DNA of 63,190 nt, the filler included, from Octopus bimaculoides (taxonomy: Eukaryota), in NCBI RefSeq assembly GCF_001194135.2. It is 5 parts of 3 records of this genome, joined end to end, with 100 filler letters (N's around TTAATTAATTAA, not from the genome) between each part and the next. Parts side by side here need not be neighbours in the genome. Positions count along the whole stretch, not along the records: positions 29,931 to 50,006 come from NC_068993.1; 4 more parts are not named here. One strand, 5' to 3'. Each line of letters starts with the position of its first letter. Position 1 is the stretch's first letter. The translations under genes and the position numbers were made by a program. Shown one piece after another: positions 36,545-50,106 of the stretch. The notes under the pieces were generated by a model. That model ran no database searches. It saw only the letters and a program-made list of their open reading frames with translations, and was not told the origin of the DNA.

Positions 36545-37240
36545 TACGAGAGACGAGAGAAACGACTGGCAGAACCTAATATATTCCTTTAGAAACAAAA
36601 ATACCCCAACAAGTTATTTCAACATGCCATAACAAAAGCAAAAGAAATCTCAATCTCTACCTCACGGAGAAACACTCAGGATAGGTGTGAAAACGAATAT
36701 ACAAACGCAAGTATTTCGTTTGAAGTCACCCACAATCCTAGAAACCACAGCATTCTGCACTCAGCCAAACGATACCTCTCAATTCTACATCAATCACCAA
36801 ATCTCCAACGAACAATTAAAAATCACAAATTATCAACAGTCGAAGACAACCACCAAACCTCAAGAGACTCCTAACAAAGGTGAGATTCACATTTGGAAAA
36901 GAAACCATGCAAGTAACCAACTGTGGAGACCCTCGTTGTGGGACATGTGAATAAATTGAGCAAGGAACAACCAAAAGACAGAAGAATGGGAAGGAATTAA
37001 AAGTGAATACAAACATGAATTGCAAAACAAAATACCTTGTCTACTGCATCACATGCTCGTAGATGCAGTACGGGCATGTGATGGGGAGATAGGAAGGAAA
37101 CTGACCAGCCGTGTGAATGTGCATAAACAACCATTTAGGTATTCATCTCTAAAGAATGTCCTCTGCAGTGAACATCGAGATATCAGAGCAAATGGAAAAA
37201 AATCTAAAATATTCCCAAGAATTCTTTATAAGAATTCTAA
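36545..37240 (+). mobile_element. Penelope-like element remnant (Neptune/Poseidon-type), thumb + Cys motif + GIY-YIG
   Basis: KQKYPNKLFQHAITKAKEI, CGDPRCGTCE, NGKELKVNTNMNCKTKYLVYCITC, GEIGRKLTSRVNVHKQ and SEHRDI..GKK.KIFP; multiple stops and frameshifts. Confidence 0.85.
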
Positions 37241-37254
37241 ACCCGAAATTAACC

Positions 37255-37745
37255 CGAAAATAGCCAACAGGAGAAATGTCGCCAAGCATTTAGCATGCTA
37301 ACGATTCTGCTAGCTCACCGCTTTAACTGTTACTACTACTAATAATAATAGTAATAAATGTTTCAAAAATAGGTGAAATAGCAGAAATTTGGGAGAAGAG
37401 TAACAATTGATCATATTGACCCCCCAGTATTTGACTGGTACTTGATTTTATCCCATTCTGAAGGATAAACGGCAAAGTTGATCTGGGAGGATTCTGAACT
37501 CAGAACACAAAGTTCTAAAACAAACACCGAAAGGTATTTTTGTTTAGGTGCTCTGTCATTATATTGTGGCGTAGTAATCCTTTGAATTTGACGAGAGGTG
37601 AGTTATCGATTGACTGTAGCTCTTGGTTGGTATTTCATTTTATCAATCCTAGGAGGATGAAAGGTAAATTTTACCTCGGCGGGATTTGAAATCGGAACGT
37701 AAAAAAATGGAATAAATATCGCAAGGAATTTTTCTGACGCTAGTG
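37255..37745 (-). mobile_element. Cluster of three SINE family A fragments
   Basis: Head at 37255-37320 and diverged bodies at ~37380-37550 and ~37600-37745, all minus strand. Confidence 0.75.
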
Positions 37746-40700
37746 CTCCTATTATTATGGCTTCTGTGGCTGTAACAAACTGCAATAAAAACGGACAGAA
37801 AAAGCTACGATAACATAAATAATAACAGAAAAAAAAACAACAACCAAAAGCAAAAACAAAATAAAAACAAAAACATAGAGAATCCGACAAAAATTGCAAA
37901 ATCAACAACAGTAATATTAGCATGAACAACAAAAGCAGCCACATAGAAAATTTTTGTTTCCGACAAGTATTGTTTTTGTTTGATATTTTATATTTTAGCC
38001 ATTTATACATATTTTTTCATAGATCTTTTATTTTTTGTCGTTTCACACCCATTTTGTTGTATTTACTACACAATTTTTCTAGTACGGATCAGTTTACTAT
38101 GGATTTTTTTTAATTGTCTACTATGGATTTTCCTGGTAAAGTCCAGTTTTATCAAGCCTCATTTCCATTCAGCTTTTATAAAATTCCTTTGAAGTAAGAT
38201 CGCTATTGTAAATATTAAGAGCAACTACGACCAGAACCTTTCATTTCATTGTCTCAAATTCATATCCTGCTGGTTTTAGTTTTAGCAGTTCTTAAACGAG
38301 AAAACTAAACATTATAAAACTAGAAAAAAAAAAAGAAAGAAGAAAGCAAGGAGCTAAGAGAATCAACCCGTTAACGGGAAACTGGGGTTTCGGTACCCGG
38401 ATGCATACAATCCTTTCGCTAAGGAAATGAATTAATTCCTTCTATTTTTATCGTTTCATCTAATTTGTTTTAAATATCATTTCATAGATTTTTTTTAGAG
38501 GAACCGAAAAGATATATAAATATATATATATCGAACACTGAGATTATCTCCCCTTCACATACGAAGTTGATCTCAATCCTAATGGTTCTATCTTTCCTGG
38601 AAGCAAAGACACTTTTAAAATGACAAGAATTTATCCCTCGGGACGAGGAGCTCAATTAGGATCATACGTATTTGTTTTCCTGTAGCCATTGTTTGCATCA
38701 TTCGCGCTCAAATTTTGTTACTCTGTACATGGATAATTTATCGAGTATTTTCGTTTTTTCAGCAAAGCACATTACCACGTACAAATGCATGAGAATGTAC
38801 AAAGCGTAGCTGCGAAGATGGTGATCGCTCGACGAAGAAACACACAGACCTAAATCTCATACAAGTAATGATCGAATAGAAAACAATTAACATCCTGTCA
38901 TCACCATCGAACCTTTTTGTTTATCTAAATCAGCCAGAAATATGAGGGAAACCTTCTGCGTTGATTCGTAAAGTGCCTTAAGACCACAAATGTAATTTTT
39001 CTCATATAGAAACTTCATGAATCGCCACCAAAACATACATTAGATAATGTAGTCCGTGATACATTATGCCTGAATGATAAAGGCAGGGAGGTCATGGGTG
39101 GAATATAGAAAGAAATGATGGCCGGATACTATTGCCGTAATTAATGAAAATTAACGAAGTGTTAACAACGAAACGTTAACAACGATAAAAAGAAAAATAT
39201 GTTGACATAATACAATAATATGGCTTTATTTGGTCAATGAGTAAAGTATAATGAGTTACATACAAACAACATAAACAATGATAACCCTCCCCACCCCGAT
39301 CATTTTCTTCAATGACTAAAATAAAATGAGTTAGATAACTTGTTAGAAAAGATGTACGATTGAGTGCCTAATTATCTCGGCAAATTTACGGAAAAAGATG
39401 TAATTAAAGAAAGCCACAAAATTATCTGGGAGAGATGGAGGGTGAGGGTGTCCCTAAATGGCAATTAGTTCGACTTTGTTTTGCTGTATTTCTTCTCTAT
39501 ATTTGCTTTTTAATTAACCCTTAGCAAGAATGTTAGTCGAACACCGATTCTATTAATAATTTCCTTTACACCGAATTGTTTTCACTTATTTACTTACCGA
39601 AATGAATGCTGTAGGCCAGGAGGTAGAGTTTCAGCAAATCGAATCTATCAAACAGGTTTCCAGCATTGGTTACAACAATTTCCTTTGATTTTCGTCACTG
39701 ATATGACATAAACATTACAATTTCTCTTTTTCTGCATCTTTTGATGCCGACTGAAATTAGAACAGTAGACCCTCGAAGCAGATCTAGAGAATACACAGAG
39801 ATACAGAGAGTGTATCTTCCACTGGCTCCTTCTAATTTGTGTGTGTCGCAGCTGGTAAAGTTGATAGAGTATCACCTTGTAGAACGAATAGCGGGGTTTT
39901 GCATCTTATCATCGTTGCTGCGTGTCCCTTTATCATTGATAGCTAAATCTAAATAACTAATACTTCATTTATAGCCCCTGGTGTATTACAGTCTAACAGA
40001 GTAAACCAGATACGCACCGTAGTGTTATCACTGTATCTATGAACAGAAAGCGGTTGTGATGTTCATTTATTCCTCCAAAGGGAACGAACTGGTAGATTTG
40101 TTAGAGCTTTGTGCAGAATGCCTGGCTGTATTTAGTGCAGACTCTTGTGCTCACAGATCAAATTTCATCGAGGTCAACTTTTTCTTTCAATTCTTCTGGG
40201 CTCGACAAATAAAGAATCATCCCTGTAATGTAACCGATTCTTCTCAGACATGAAGAAGGACGGTTTCTGCCACGTTTAGGTGCCCCAAATTAGCTATATA
40301 TCACGACTGTTTCTCTACGACTCTGCCGTTGCGAGTTGAGAGTCCGAAGTAAGGTAAAGCAAATACCAATCCAGTATAGGTACCATTCTTCTGTGTCTTT
40401 GAGTTGCACCTGTAAATTCAAAGATCCAGTCTTACCTTATAATGTCGCGCTGATTAAGCCAAAGGAATGAGAATTACATTAAGGGTACATATGTAGGCGG
40501 AATACCCCGACTCTTACATGTACGTCAAGTCTGAATTCAGGGGTCGAACAACTGAATACGTAAAGTTGAAACATGATTGAGCAAACAAGTCAATGACTTT
40601 TGTCGAGAATCGAAACAGAAAAAAACGTTTCAACCTACAGGAAAGTTTAGCAATTACGCAACCACTCTGGGACTGCCTTTTTTTTTTTTTTTTCACCAAA

Positions 40701-40904
40701 GATACTTAATACGCTAGAAAAATTGAAGCAGATCAGATAAATATTTATCTTGAACAAAAATGTTACAAAAATTATGGCAAACCATGTAAATATTTCTCAT
40801 GAGCAAAAGAGGAAAAAAACTCAGCTTATGTTAATAGACTTTTTATATTGATTAACACTTTTTTCCGTCCACATTATATATGTAATATATACATACATAC
40901 AAAC

Positions 40905-40944
<40 letters not shown>

Positions 40945-41628
40945 ACGTATATTTCCGTAATGCTATACAATGTTCCAATGCCATTTTAGCATATGTCGCT
41001 GTAGGCATTAAAGGATTGAGGTTCTTTTGAGCTTGAAAATACATAGCAGTGGATTGCTTTTTCCATTGATTTCTCTGGAGTCTTGACATTTGGAGGTTAC
41101 AGTGGGAAAAATTCAAGAAGGACGTTAAACGTATCAAATCATTTTTTTTTCCACATCCATACATGCATAGAATATAGACTTACATAATGCAAACACACAT
41201 ATGTACATACATATATGCACACATACAAATGTATATGTATGTAGGAAAATATGTATATACATATATGTATTATATATATGTNNNNNNNNNNNNNNNNNNN
41301 NNNNNNNNNNNNNNNNNNNNNNNNNNNNNNNNNNNNNNNNNNNNNNNNNNNNNNNTGTATATATATATATATATATGTATGTATGTGTAATTCTGTGTGT
41401 ATGAGTGTGTTTATTATATATATATCTATGTGTACATATGGATATGTACAAATATTAACGTACACATATGTATTAATGTGTATCTAATGAGGTGACGTTT
41501 AGGGGTAAGTACTGAAGTTTTGTTAATATTCATGTATACTGCAGGCAGATAGCTGCATCAATTATAACATTTAGAGCAAGAGAGGGACAGTGAAAGAGAA
41601 AGAGAGAGAGAAAGAGAGAGATGGAGAG

Positions 41629-41660
<32 letters not shown>

Positions 41661-42074
41661 AAAGAGAGAGAAAGAAAGAGCGAGAGAGAGAGAGAGAGAT
41701 CAACATATACTTTGCACAACTGAACTATAAAGAAGTTTCTAATAATGATAACAGATAACATTATTAAAGCGAAGCAAGAGAAATTTATTTTGGCGGGTGG
41801 AGGTGGATTGAGGTGGAAGAAGGAAATGTCTAATTTGATTAAATCAAGCCCATATTTGACTAGAACCTATTTTATCAAGGATGAAAGGCCAACTCGACGA
41901 CCACATAATTTGAAAGCAGAACTAAACACAGCATGGCGTTTCGGTCCGTTGCTCGAACGATTCTGCCAATCCAACGCTCAGGAGAATAACAATAATAATA
42001 ATAATAATAATAGTAATAATATTAATAATAATTTCTTATGTTGGGAAAAGCCATAAATTTTGAAGGAAGAAGCA

Positions 42075-43110
42075 GTCGATTAAATCGAAGCCATTTCTAC
42101 TATGGTATTTTATTTTATGGAGCTCGGAAAGATAAAAGTCAAAGTCAAAGTCGACCCCAGTGGGATTTGAACTCAGAACGTAAAGGGAGGTAATTACATA
42201 CCACATGACATTTTGACGAACACTCTACTAATTCTACCATCTATAGTAACCAGAGAACCTATCATAAGGACAAGGCTAGAAACTTGATGGGAGGAGAACA
42301 ATCGATTTTATTGACTCCAGTTCTTCACTGGTACTTTATTTTATCCTTTTCTATTCTAGGCACAAGGCCTGAAATTTTTGGGGAGGGTGTCCAGTCGATA
42401 AGATCGACTCCAGTACGCAACTGGTACTTAATTTATCGACGCCGAAAGGATGAAAGGCAAAGTCGACCTCGGTGGAATTTGAACTCAGAACGTAAAGACA
42501 TGAAATACCGCTAAGCATTTCTNNNNNNNNNNCAGTCGATTAGATCGACCCCAGTATGCAACTGGTACTTAATTTATCGACGCTGAAAGGATGAAAGGCA
42601 AAGTCGACCTCGGTGGAATTTGAACTCAGAACGTAAAGACATGAAATACCGCTAAGCATTTCTCTCGGCGTTATTACGTTTCTGCCAGTTCGCCGCCTTA
42701 GGATTATTTTATCGTCCCCGAAAAAAATGATGTTGACCTCATGAAAAAATTGGAGCACATACTGCCAGAAATTTTTCCCAATGCTCTCCGCCGAAATTCC
42801 TGCCAATGTGCAGGAATTTCGGCAGAGAAATTATGTCAATTATATCACTGGTATTTATTTTATCGATCTCGAAAGGAGGAAAGGCAAAGTCGACCTTGGC
42901 AGAATTTGAGCTAAGAACGTAATGTACCGGAAGAAATGCTGTCACACATTTTATCCGGCGCGGTAACAGTCCTGCCAGGTAGGTTTCTGATTTAGGCAGA
43001 AGACCTGTAATTTAAATGCAAGAATGTAAGTCAATAGTATTGGCACCAGCACTGCTTCACTGATACTTCCGTTTTATCGACCCTGAGCTATGAAAGACAA
43101 AGTGGATTTG
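42075..43110 (-). mobile_element. Cluster of SINE family A copies (about six, all minus strand)
   Basis: AAAGTCGACC.CGG.GGAATTTGAACTCAGAACGTA-like motif at ~42150, 42460, 42600 and 42890, plus remnants; two copies flank a 10-N gap. Confidence 0.85.
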
Positions 43111-43214
43111 AACACCTGAATAAATATTAAGTATTTTACCATCCTTAACGATAACGATGACGATGATGATGATGATGATAATGATGATGGTGGTGGTGAT
43201 GGTGATTTCTTCAT

Positions 43215-43484
43215 TAGCATTCCATTTGCTCTGCCAGTTCCATTGTCGTTTGACGTGAATTTTCGTGCAAAAGTTGGTTTAATCGCTTTTCATCGAACTC
43301 AGCTGGACGTCCGAACGGGGTGCGTTTTTCAGGTCAAAATTTCCATTTTTGAACTTGGCATACCAATCACAAGCGGTTCTTTCAGCTATGGCACCCTCTC
43401 CATACACAGCACAAATGTCGCGAGCAGCTTTTGCGGCCTTAGAATCTTGATTAAAAGCAAAAAAGGAGGTGTCGAAAATGCTCG
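43215..43484 (-). mobile_element. mariner transposase N-terminal (HTH) fragment
   Basis: FAFNQDSKAAKAARDICAVYGEGAIAERTACDWYAKFKNGNFDLKNAPRS / EFDEKRLNQLLHENSRQTT.ELAE. Confidence 0.9.
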
Positions 43485-44055
43485 TTTTAATGATCTGAAA
43501 GAAAAAAAAAAACAAACTAGAATTAACTAAAATTAACTAGAAAAAAAAAAATGATTCAAAAATAGAATTCTTGAAAAAATAGATTCCAAAATTTNNNNNN
43601 NNNNNNNNNNNNNNNNNNNNNNNNNNNNNNNNNNNNNNNNNNNNNNNNNNNNNNNNNNNNNNNNNNNNNNNNNNNNNNNNNNNNNNNNNNNNNNNNNNNN
43701 NNNNNNNNNNNNNNNNNNNNNNNNNNNNNNNNNNNNNNNNNNNNNNNNNNNNNNNNNNNNNNNNNNNNNNNNNNNNNNNNNNNNNNNNNNNNNNNNNNNN
43801 NNNNNNNNNNNNNNNNNNNNNNNNNNNNNNNNNNNNNNNNNNNNNNNNNNNNNNNNNNNNNNNNNNNNNNNNNNNNNNNNNNNNNNNNNNNNNNNNNNNN
43901 NNNNNNNNNNNNNNNNNNNNNNNNNNNNNNNNNNNNNNNNNNNNNNNNNNNNNNNNNNNNNNNNNNNNNNNNNNNNNNNNNNNNNNNNNNNNNNNNNNNN
44001 NNNNNNNNNNNNNNNNNNNNNNNNNNNNNNNNNNNNNNNNNNNNNNNNNNNNNNN

Positions 44056-44134
<79 letters not shown>

Positions 44135-44414
44135 GTATATCTATCTAGTACTTTGTATTTATTTTGCTTTCTAACAATCAGTCATTCCAATATCATATAC
44201 ATATATGTATATATGCGCATATGTGCGTATATGTGTGTGTGTATACACATGTATGCACACAAACATACACATATATATATAAACATGCACAAACATATAC
44301 AAAAAGAATTATCTGTCCCTTACATATTATCATCATCCTTAGCTCTTTCTTTCTCTGATTCTCTTTAATACACACACACACACACACACACATACACACA
44401 CACGTATGCGTTTA

Positions 44415-44483
<69 letters not shown>

Positions 44484-44492
44484 GAATATTAT

Positions 44493-44523
<31 letters not shown>

Positions 44524-45227
44524 CGCACATAGCTGGGCATGTGTATTGTTTCATAATGATATCTGCAAACACAATTCGTTAATATTTATGCTGTTCTAAT
44601 GATTGCCCCCATTGACAATCAACTTCCGTGTAACTATGATTAATGATGGTGGCAAAATTTTGAGTTGAAGTAGCCACCTATGTATGTATGTATGTATGTA
44701 TGTATGTATGTATGTATGTATGCATGCATGCATGTATGTATGTATGTATGTGTGTGTGTATGTGTGTGTATGCATGTATGTATGTATGTATGTATGTATT
44801 TTTGTATATACATACATTCAATACATTCATTTATCTATATATATGTATATGTATGTATATACGAACACACATATTTACATATATATATATATGTATATAT
44901 ATATAAATATGTATATATATATATATATATACATCGGTATACATATATTTATACATGTTTTTATATATATATACATATACATATATATATGTATATGCAT
45001 GTATATACGCACACACATATTTACATAAATGTATACATAGTTATACATATATTCATACATGTGTGTGTGTGTGTGTGTGTGTAGATAGATAGATAGATAG
45101 ATAGATATAGAAATATATGCATATGCTTTGTTACAAACCCACATTTATATACACCAACAGATACACATAATTTCTGATGTAAATATGTAAATAAGTAGGC
45201 ACGCGCGCGCACGCGCACGCACACGCA

Positions 45228-45280
<53 letters not shown>

Positions 45281-45597
45281 GCACGCACGCACAAATATCG
45301 GATGTAACTTTAATTCACAGCATCTAATATTTAAAACCTAATTTTACCGTTGAAAATTTTCCAGATATTTTATTTTGCTTCAATATTTAAAACATTGAAA
45401 GTGTGTGAGTACCAAACACCAATTTATCTCAATCAGCCCTTCGTGTGTACTCCTTTTCTTTTCCATCCGAGTCATATTCCCACATTTTGTGTGTGAAGCT
45501 GACTTTATCGTAGTTTCTTGGAACTTCACGGTTTGTTATTATTTAACCCGAGGTCGACCATAATTTAGAAAACTTTCAATTATTATTATTATTATTA

Positions 45598-45605
45598 ATG
45601 ATAAC

Positions 45606-45651
<46 letters not shown>

Positions 45652-45653
45652 GC

Positions 45654-45746
<93 letters not shown>
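45598..45746. repeat. Compound (AAT)n(AAC)n(AAT)n microsatellite
   Basis: Direct reading. Confidence 0.95.
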
Positions 45747-45747
<1 letters not shown>

Positions 45748-46080
45748 GAGTCCAAAGATGGGGTCCAAAGAATGGACCTGCATCGATGTAGCTATACCTG
45801 TTGGTCAGAGTATTATGAAAGACAGAAGACGAGAAAGTCGAGAATGACCAAGACCTAGAATTGAAAGTGAAAAAGGACCCATAGAGCCTTAAACGTGGGT
45901 GAGGTGCCTATTGTGATCGGTGTACTAGGGACCATCTGAAGGAGAGATGGCAAATACTAAACTCCTAAGGAAGCATTCAGAAGGCAGCAATACTTGGAGA
46001 AGTTCATGTGTTGAGGAATGTGTTGCTTCTCTAAGCTGCGGGATGGAGTCGAGACGTGACATAGGCATAGATAAATCAGA
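45747..46080 (+). mobile_element. R4/Dong-like LINE 3' end (RLE domain and 3' UTR)
   Basis: KEWTCIDVAIP, EDEKVEN.QDL, EVPIVIGVLGTI and QKAAILGEVHVLRNVLLL*. Confidence 0.8.
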
Positions 46081-46806
46081 AGGGAATAAAATAACAAATA
46101 AATAAATAAATAAAGTGACACTAGGATTGTTACCTGCAATCCAGCCTCTATGAGAAAAACAACAACAAAAAAAAACAAAGAAAAAATTATAAGCAACACC
46201 ATCTAAAATATAAATAAAAATTAAAAAAATAAACAAAAGGGGAAATAATTAAGAGCTGATATAAGGGACGATAAGAAATTATCTGGCGCCGGTAGTTACC
46301 ATAATTCTGGCATAATTAACAGCTTTAATTTGGAAAGTAATTAGAACAAAAATTTATGGTTTACTTTTGACGTTAATTTAGAATATTTGTTTTCATAATT
46401 CGTTTTTTGTTATCCTTCCTCTATTTAAAACATTTTCTTTTTGTTTTGTTTTTCCTCTCTCCCAAACATTTTGTCACTTCCGAAAAATTACTTATTAGCG
46501 TTCTTACTTAAGTCTTTGACTTAAGTGGTATAAAAAACACTGATTCTTACAGTCTTATCTTTGAAAAAAAGGTGATTTTAGTTTTGGAAGCGAAACAGTG
46601 GAAGAGCGTGTGCACGAGAGAGAGAGAGAGAGAGGGAGGGGGGGAGAGAGAAAAAGAGTCTAAACATAGTATACATACTCTTGATAGTTACACATATATG
46701 CATAAATATATATACATATATATATTATGTTATATATATCCATACACATGTATTGCATATATGCATATATATGCATATTAATACATACATATACATCCTT
46801 ACATAC

Positions 46807-46839
<33 letters not shown>

Positions 46840-47044
46840 NNNNNNNNNNNNNNNNNNNNNNNNNNNNNNNNNNNNNNNNNNNNNNNNNNNNNNNNNNNNN
46901 NNNNNNNNNNNNNNNNNNNNNNNNNNNNNNNNNNNNNNNNNNNNNNNNNNNNNNNNNNNNNNNNNNNNNNNNNNNNNNNNNNNNNNNNNNNNNNNNNNNN
47001 NNNNNNNNNNNNNNNNNNNNNNNNNNNNNNNNNNNNNNNNNNNN

Positions 47045-47114
<70 letters not shown>

Positions 47115-47688
47115 AGAAGGGAAGAGAAAAAGGGAGAGAAAGAAGAAACACCGTTACTACTTTCATTAGTATTTACCGGTCCCAGGCGTACGAAAAGCAA
47201 AGTTTTGCTTGGTGGGATTTGAACTCGTAGAGCAAAGGTCTAGAATAAATACTGCACAGTAGCTCTACCAGTTTACAGCCATAAAAATCTCTCAGGAAAC
47301 TGAAGCAGTTCCGTGCCAGTTTAAGTGAGGTTCAAAAGTTTGGAAAAATATGTTGACGGCTAACACGAATATCCCAATTGTGAAGTCATCTTATGTAATA
47401 AGATGAAATTAGTTACTCGATAGTAAGAATTCAAATAAAGTAGCCCCGAAAAGGGCTTTAATGCATTCCCAGAATATATAGAACAAAGGGGGAAATACTA
47501 ATAAGGCATGTATACTAAAATCGTGAAGCATATTATGTAATAACAGGCTAACCAGATATGAGATAATAATAGTTCAAAGTAAATAACTCTGAAAAGGGCT
47601 TTTCTGTGTTCCCAGAGAATATTACACTCAGGGGCGCTAGTGATGGTATATTCGTGAATAAATCACTAACCGAAATAAGTGGATGTAA

Positions 47689-47772
<84 letters not shown>

Positions 47773-48344
47773 ACTTCTTTTTCTTTCTCTTAACAGTTAG
47801 AACAGCGAAAGCTCATTACGTCATTTTCTCTGAACTAGAATCTTTACTTTCCACGTTCATGTTTGAATTTTCTGCCTTTCAATAATTTTTCTCTGATTTT
47901 AGTCGTTCTCGAATTTGATGGACATATAGCGGTACGTAAGCTAACTCAAGAAATCTCTAGTGAGACATTTTATTGATGTACCTGAAGAAGCACAGAACGG
48001 GTCGAAACATTTGTTGTACCCAATAAAGTCTATTACACATTCCATCTCCTATTCTATTAATACTGTTACTCCAACTGCAACTACGAAGTTCCTGCAATAA
48101 ATCTACGGGTAACAACAGGTAATCGAAACTGTGCAGTGCTTTACTCATCATCTATTTATACATTTTGTACAATTTCTCCATTATATNNNNNNNNNNNNNN
48201 NNNNNNNNNNNNNNNNNNNNNNNNNNNNNNNNNNNNNNNNNNNNNNNNNNNNNNNNNNNNNNNNNNNNNNNNNNNNNNNNNNNNNNNNNNNNNNNNNNNN
48301 NNNNNNNNNNNNNNNNNNNNNNNNNNNNNNNNNNNNNNNNNNNN

Positions 48345-48375
<31 letters not shown>

Positions 48376-49008
48376 GCATGCATGCATACGTGTGTATGTG
48401 TGTTGCTTCATGTGCAGGTATCTATAAAACTGAGTCTTCATTTAAATATGTGTAAGAATATGTTACATACACGGATATACACACAAACACACAAAAACGG
48501 ACATGTTTGGTTAGAAACTAAGAGACTACGCATACACGTTGTGAGAAAGAGGAGGAGGAAGAGGAGGGGGGAAATTGAGTGACAGTAAGAGGAAGAAACA
48601 TATGAATAATGTATGGGACGAAAGAAAGTCAAAAAAGAGGAAGTCGAGAAGCAGAGACTGTGTTGAAAAGTGGGTGGAAATATGGAAATAAAGATATTTA
48701 TGAATATAAATAGAGGAATAGATTTATAGATCAGTAGAGAGAGAGAGAGAGTGAGAGAGAGAGAGAGTGAGAGAGAGAGTGAGAGAGAGGGAGAGAAAGA
48801 GAGAGAGTGAGAGAGAGAATGTAAACCATTGAGAGTGATTGAGTGTGTGAGAGAGAGGGAGAGAGAAATAATGATGAAAGATACGTAAATATATCAAATG
48901 AAATTAAGAACGATAAATTGATTGACAGACGCACAGACAGGCAGACATATACAGATAAAGAGGTAGATAAATAGATAGATAGACGGATATATATATATAC
49001 ATACATGC

Positions 49009-49100
<92 letters not shown>

Positions 49101-49170
49101 AGATAGATAACAGTAGAGATAGAGAAATATTGGTTTCAAATTGTGGCACATGGCCAGCATTTTGGGAAAA

Positions 49171-49906
49171 ACGGACATCATCCCACACCAGACATTCACC
49201 CTTGGACTTTCTCGGTGAAGTTCCCTAGTTACATGGAGGTGTCCTGATCCCCAGATTCTCACATTATGTGTGTTCAGTTTCCCTGAAACATGTAAGGTTG
49301 TCTCAACAGTGAAAGAAACTCAGGTGAGGAGTACTGAATCCTCAGAAATTCGTTCCAGCATCTTAATTACAAACCCTTTTCGTCTTGGTTTATCATTTGG
49401 TTCGAATGCCTCTAAAAGTTGCACGTTGTAAGAGGACTTTGTGGTAACTGTAACTGTCTGGCAGCAGTACGTATGGATTCTGTGGGAGAACTAGCAAAGG
49501 CTTGTCTTATACGATCGATGTTTTCTTCTGATAATTTTGGTCGTCCACTCCTACCTTTATCCAAGGCTGTTCCTCTTTCCATTAATTTCTTGTGTCATGC
49601 GCGAATTGACGGACGTGACGCTGGATGTATTCCATACTTAATCTTGCAGTGTCACTGGGTCTGCATGTCCGATTTTGTTTCAATAAACCACGATACACAT
49701 TGTGCCTTTTCTTGAGGAGTAGCCATTTTTTTAGGGTTTCATTTAACAGAACCGTTTCCATCATCAGGGTACTTGAAAAACACAAATGCAATGTGGTTAA
49801 AAACTTTCATAGCCACTGGGTACATAGAACAAATCTAACAAACATATCCCGTAATTTTTTTTGTAATAAACTTTTGAAATTGTAAAAAGACTTTATGGAC
49901 ACCGTG
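49171..49906 (-). mobile_element. Tc1/mariner transposon, rosa/DD41D-like, 5' half with left TIR
   Basis: TA|CACGGTGTCCATAAAG terminus at 49906; ATG at 49726: MATPQEKAQCVSWFIETKSD...GRSGRPKLSEENIDRIRQAF.SSP..SIRTAARQL...HNVRIWG....RELHRESPRVNVWCG; stops and a deletion. Confidence 0.85.
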
Positions 49907-49948
49907 TATATCATGAGAGAGGATAGAAAGAGAAAAGAGAAAAATAGA

Positions 49949-49997
<49 letters not shown>

Positions 49998-50006
49998 CAC
50001 GTATAG

Positions 50007-50106
50007 NNNNNNNNNNNNNNNNNNNNNNNNNNNNNNNNNNNNNNNNNNNNTTAATTAATTAANNNNNNNNNNNNNNNNNNNNNNNNNNNNNNNNNNNNNN
50101 NNNNNN
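50007..50106. other. Artificial 100-bp assembly spacer
   Basis: 44N-TTAATTAATTAA-44N. Confidence 0.95.

Noticed and set aside
42382-42662. Apparent tandem SINE A duplication
   Set aside because: The copies flank a 10-N gap, share diagnostic variants and differ at 4 sites; most likely overlapping contig ends or haplotypes.
49754-49767. CUGAUGA-UG-GAAAC on the minus strand
   Set aside because: No room for stem II, and it lies in the 5' UTR of the rosa-like transposon.
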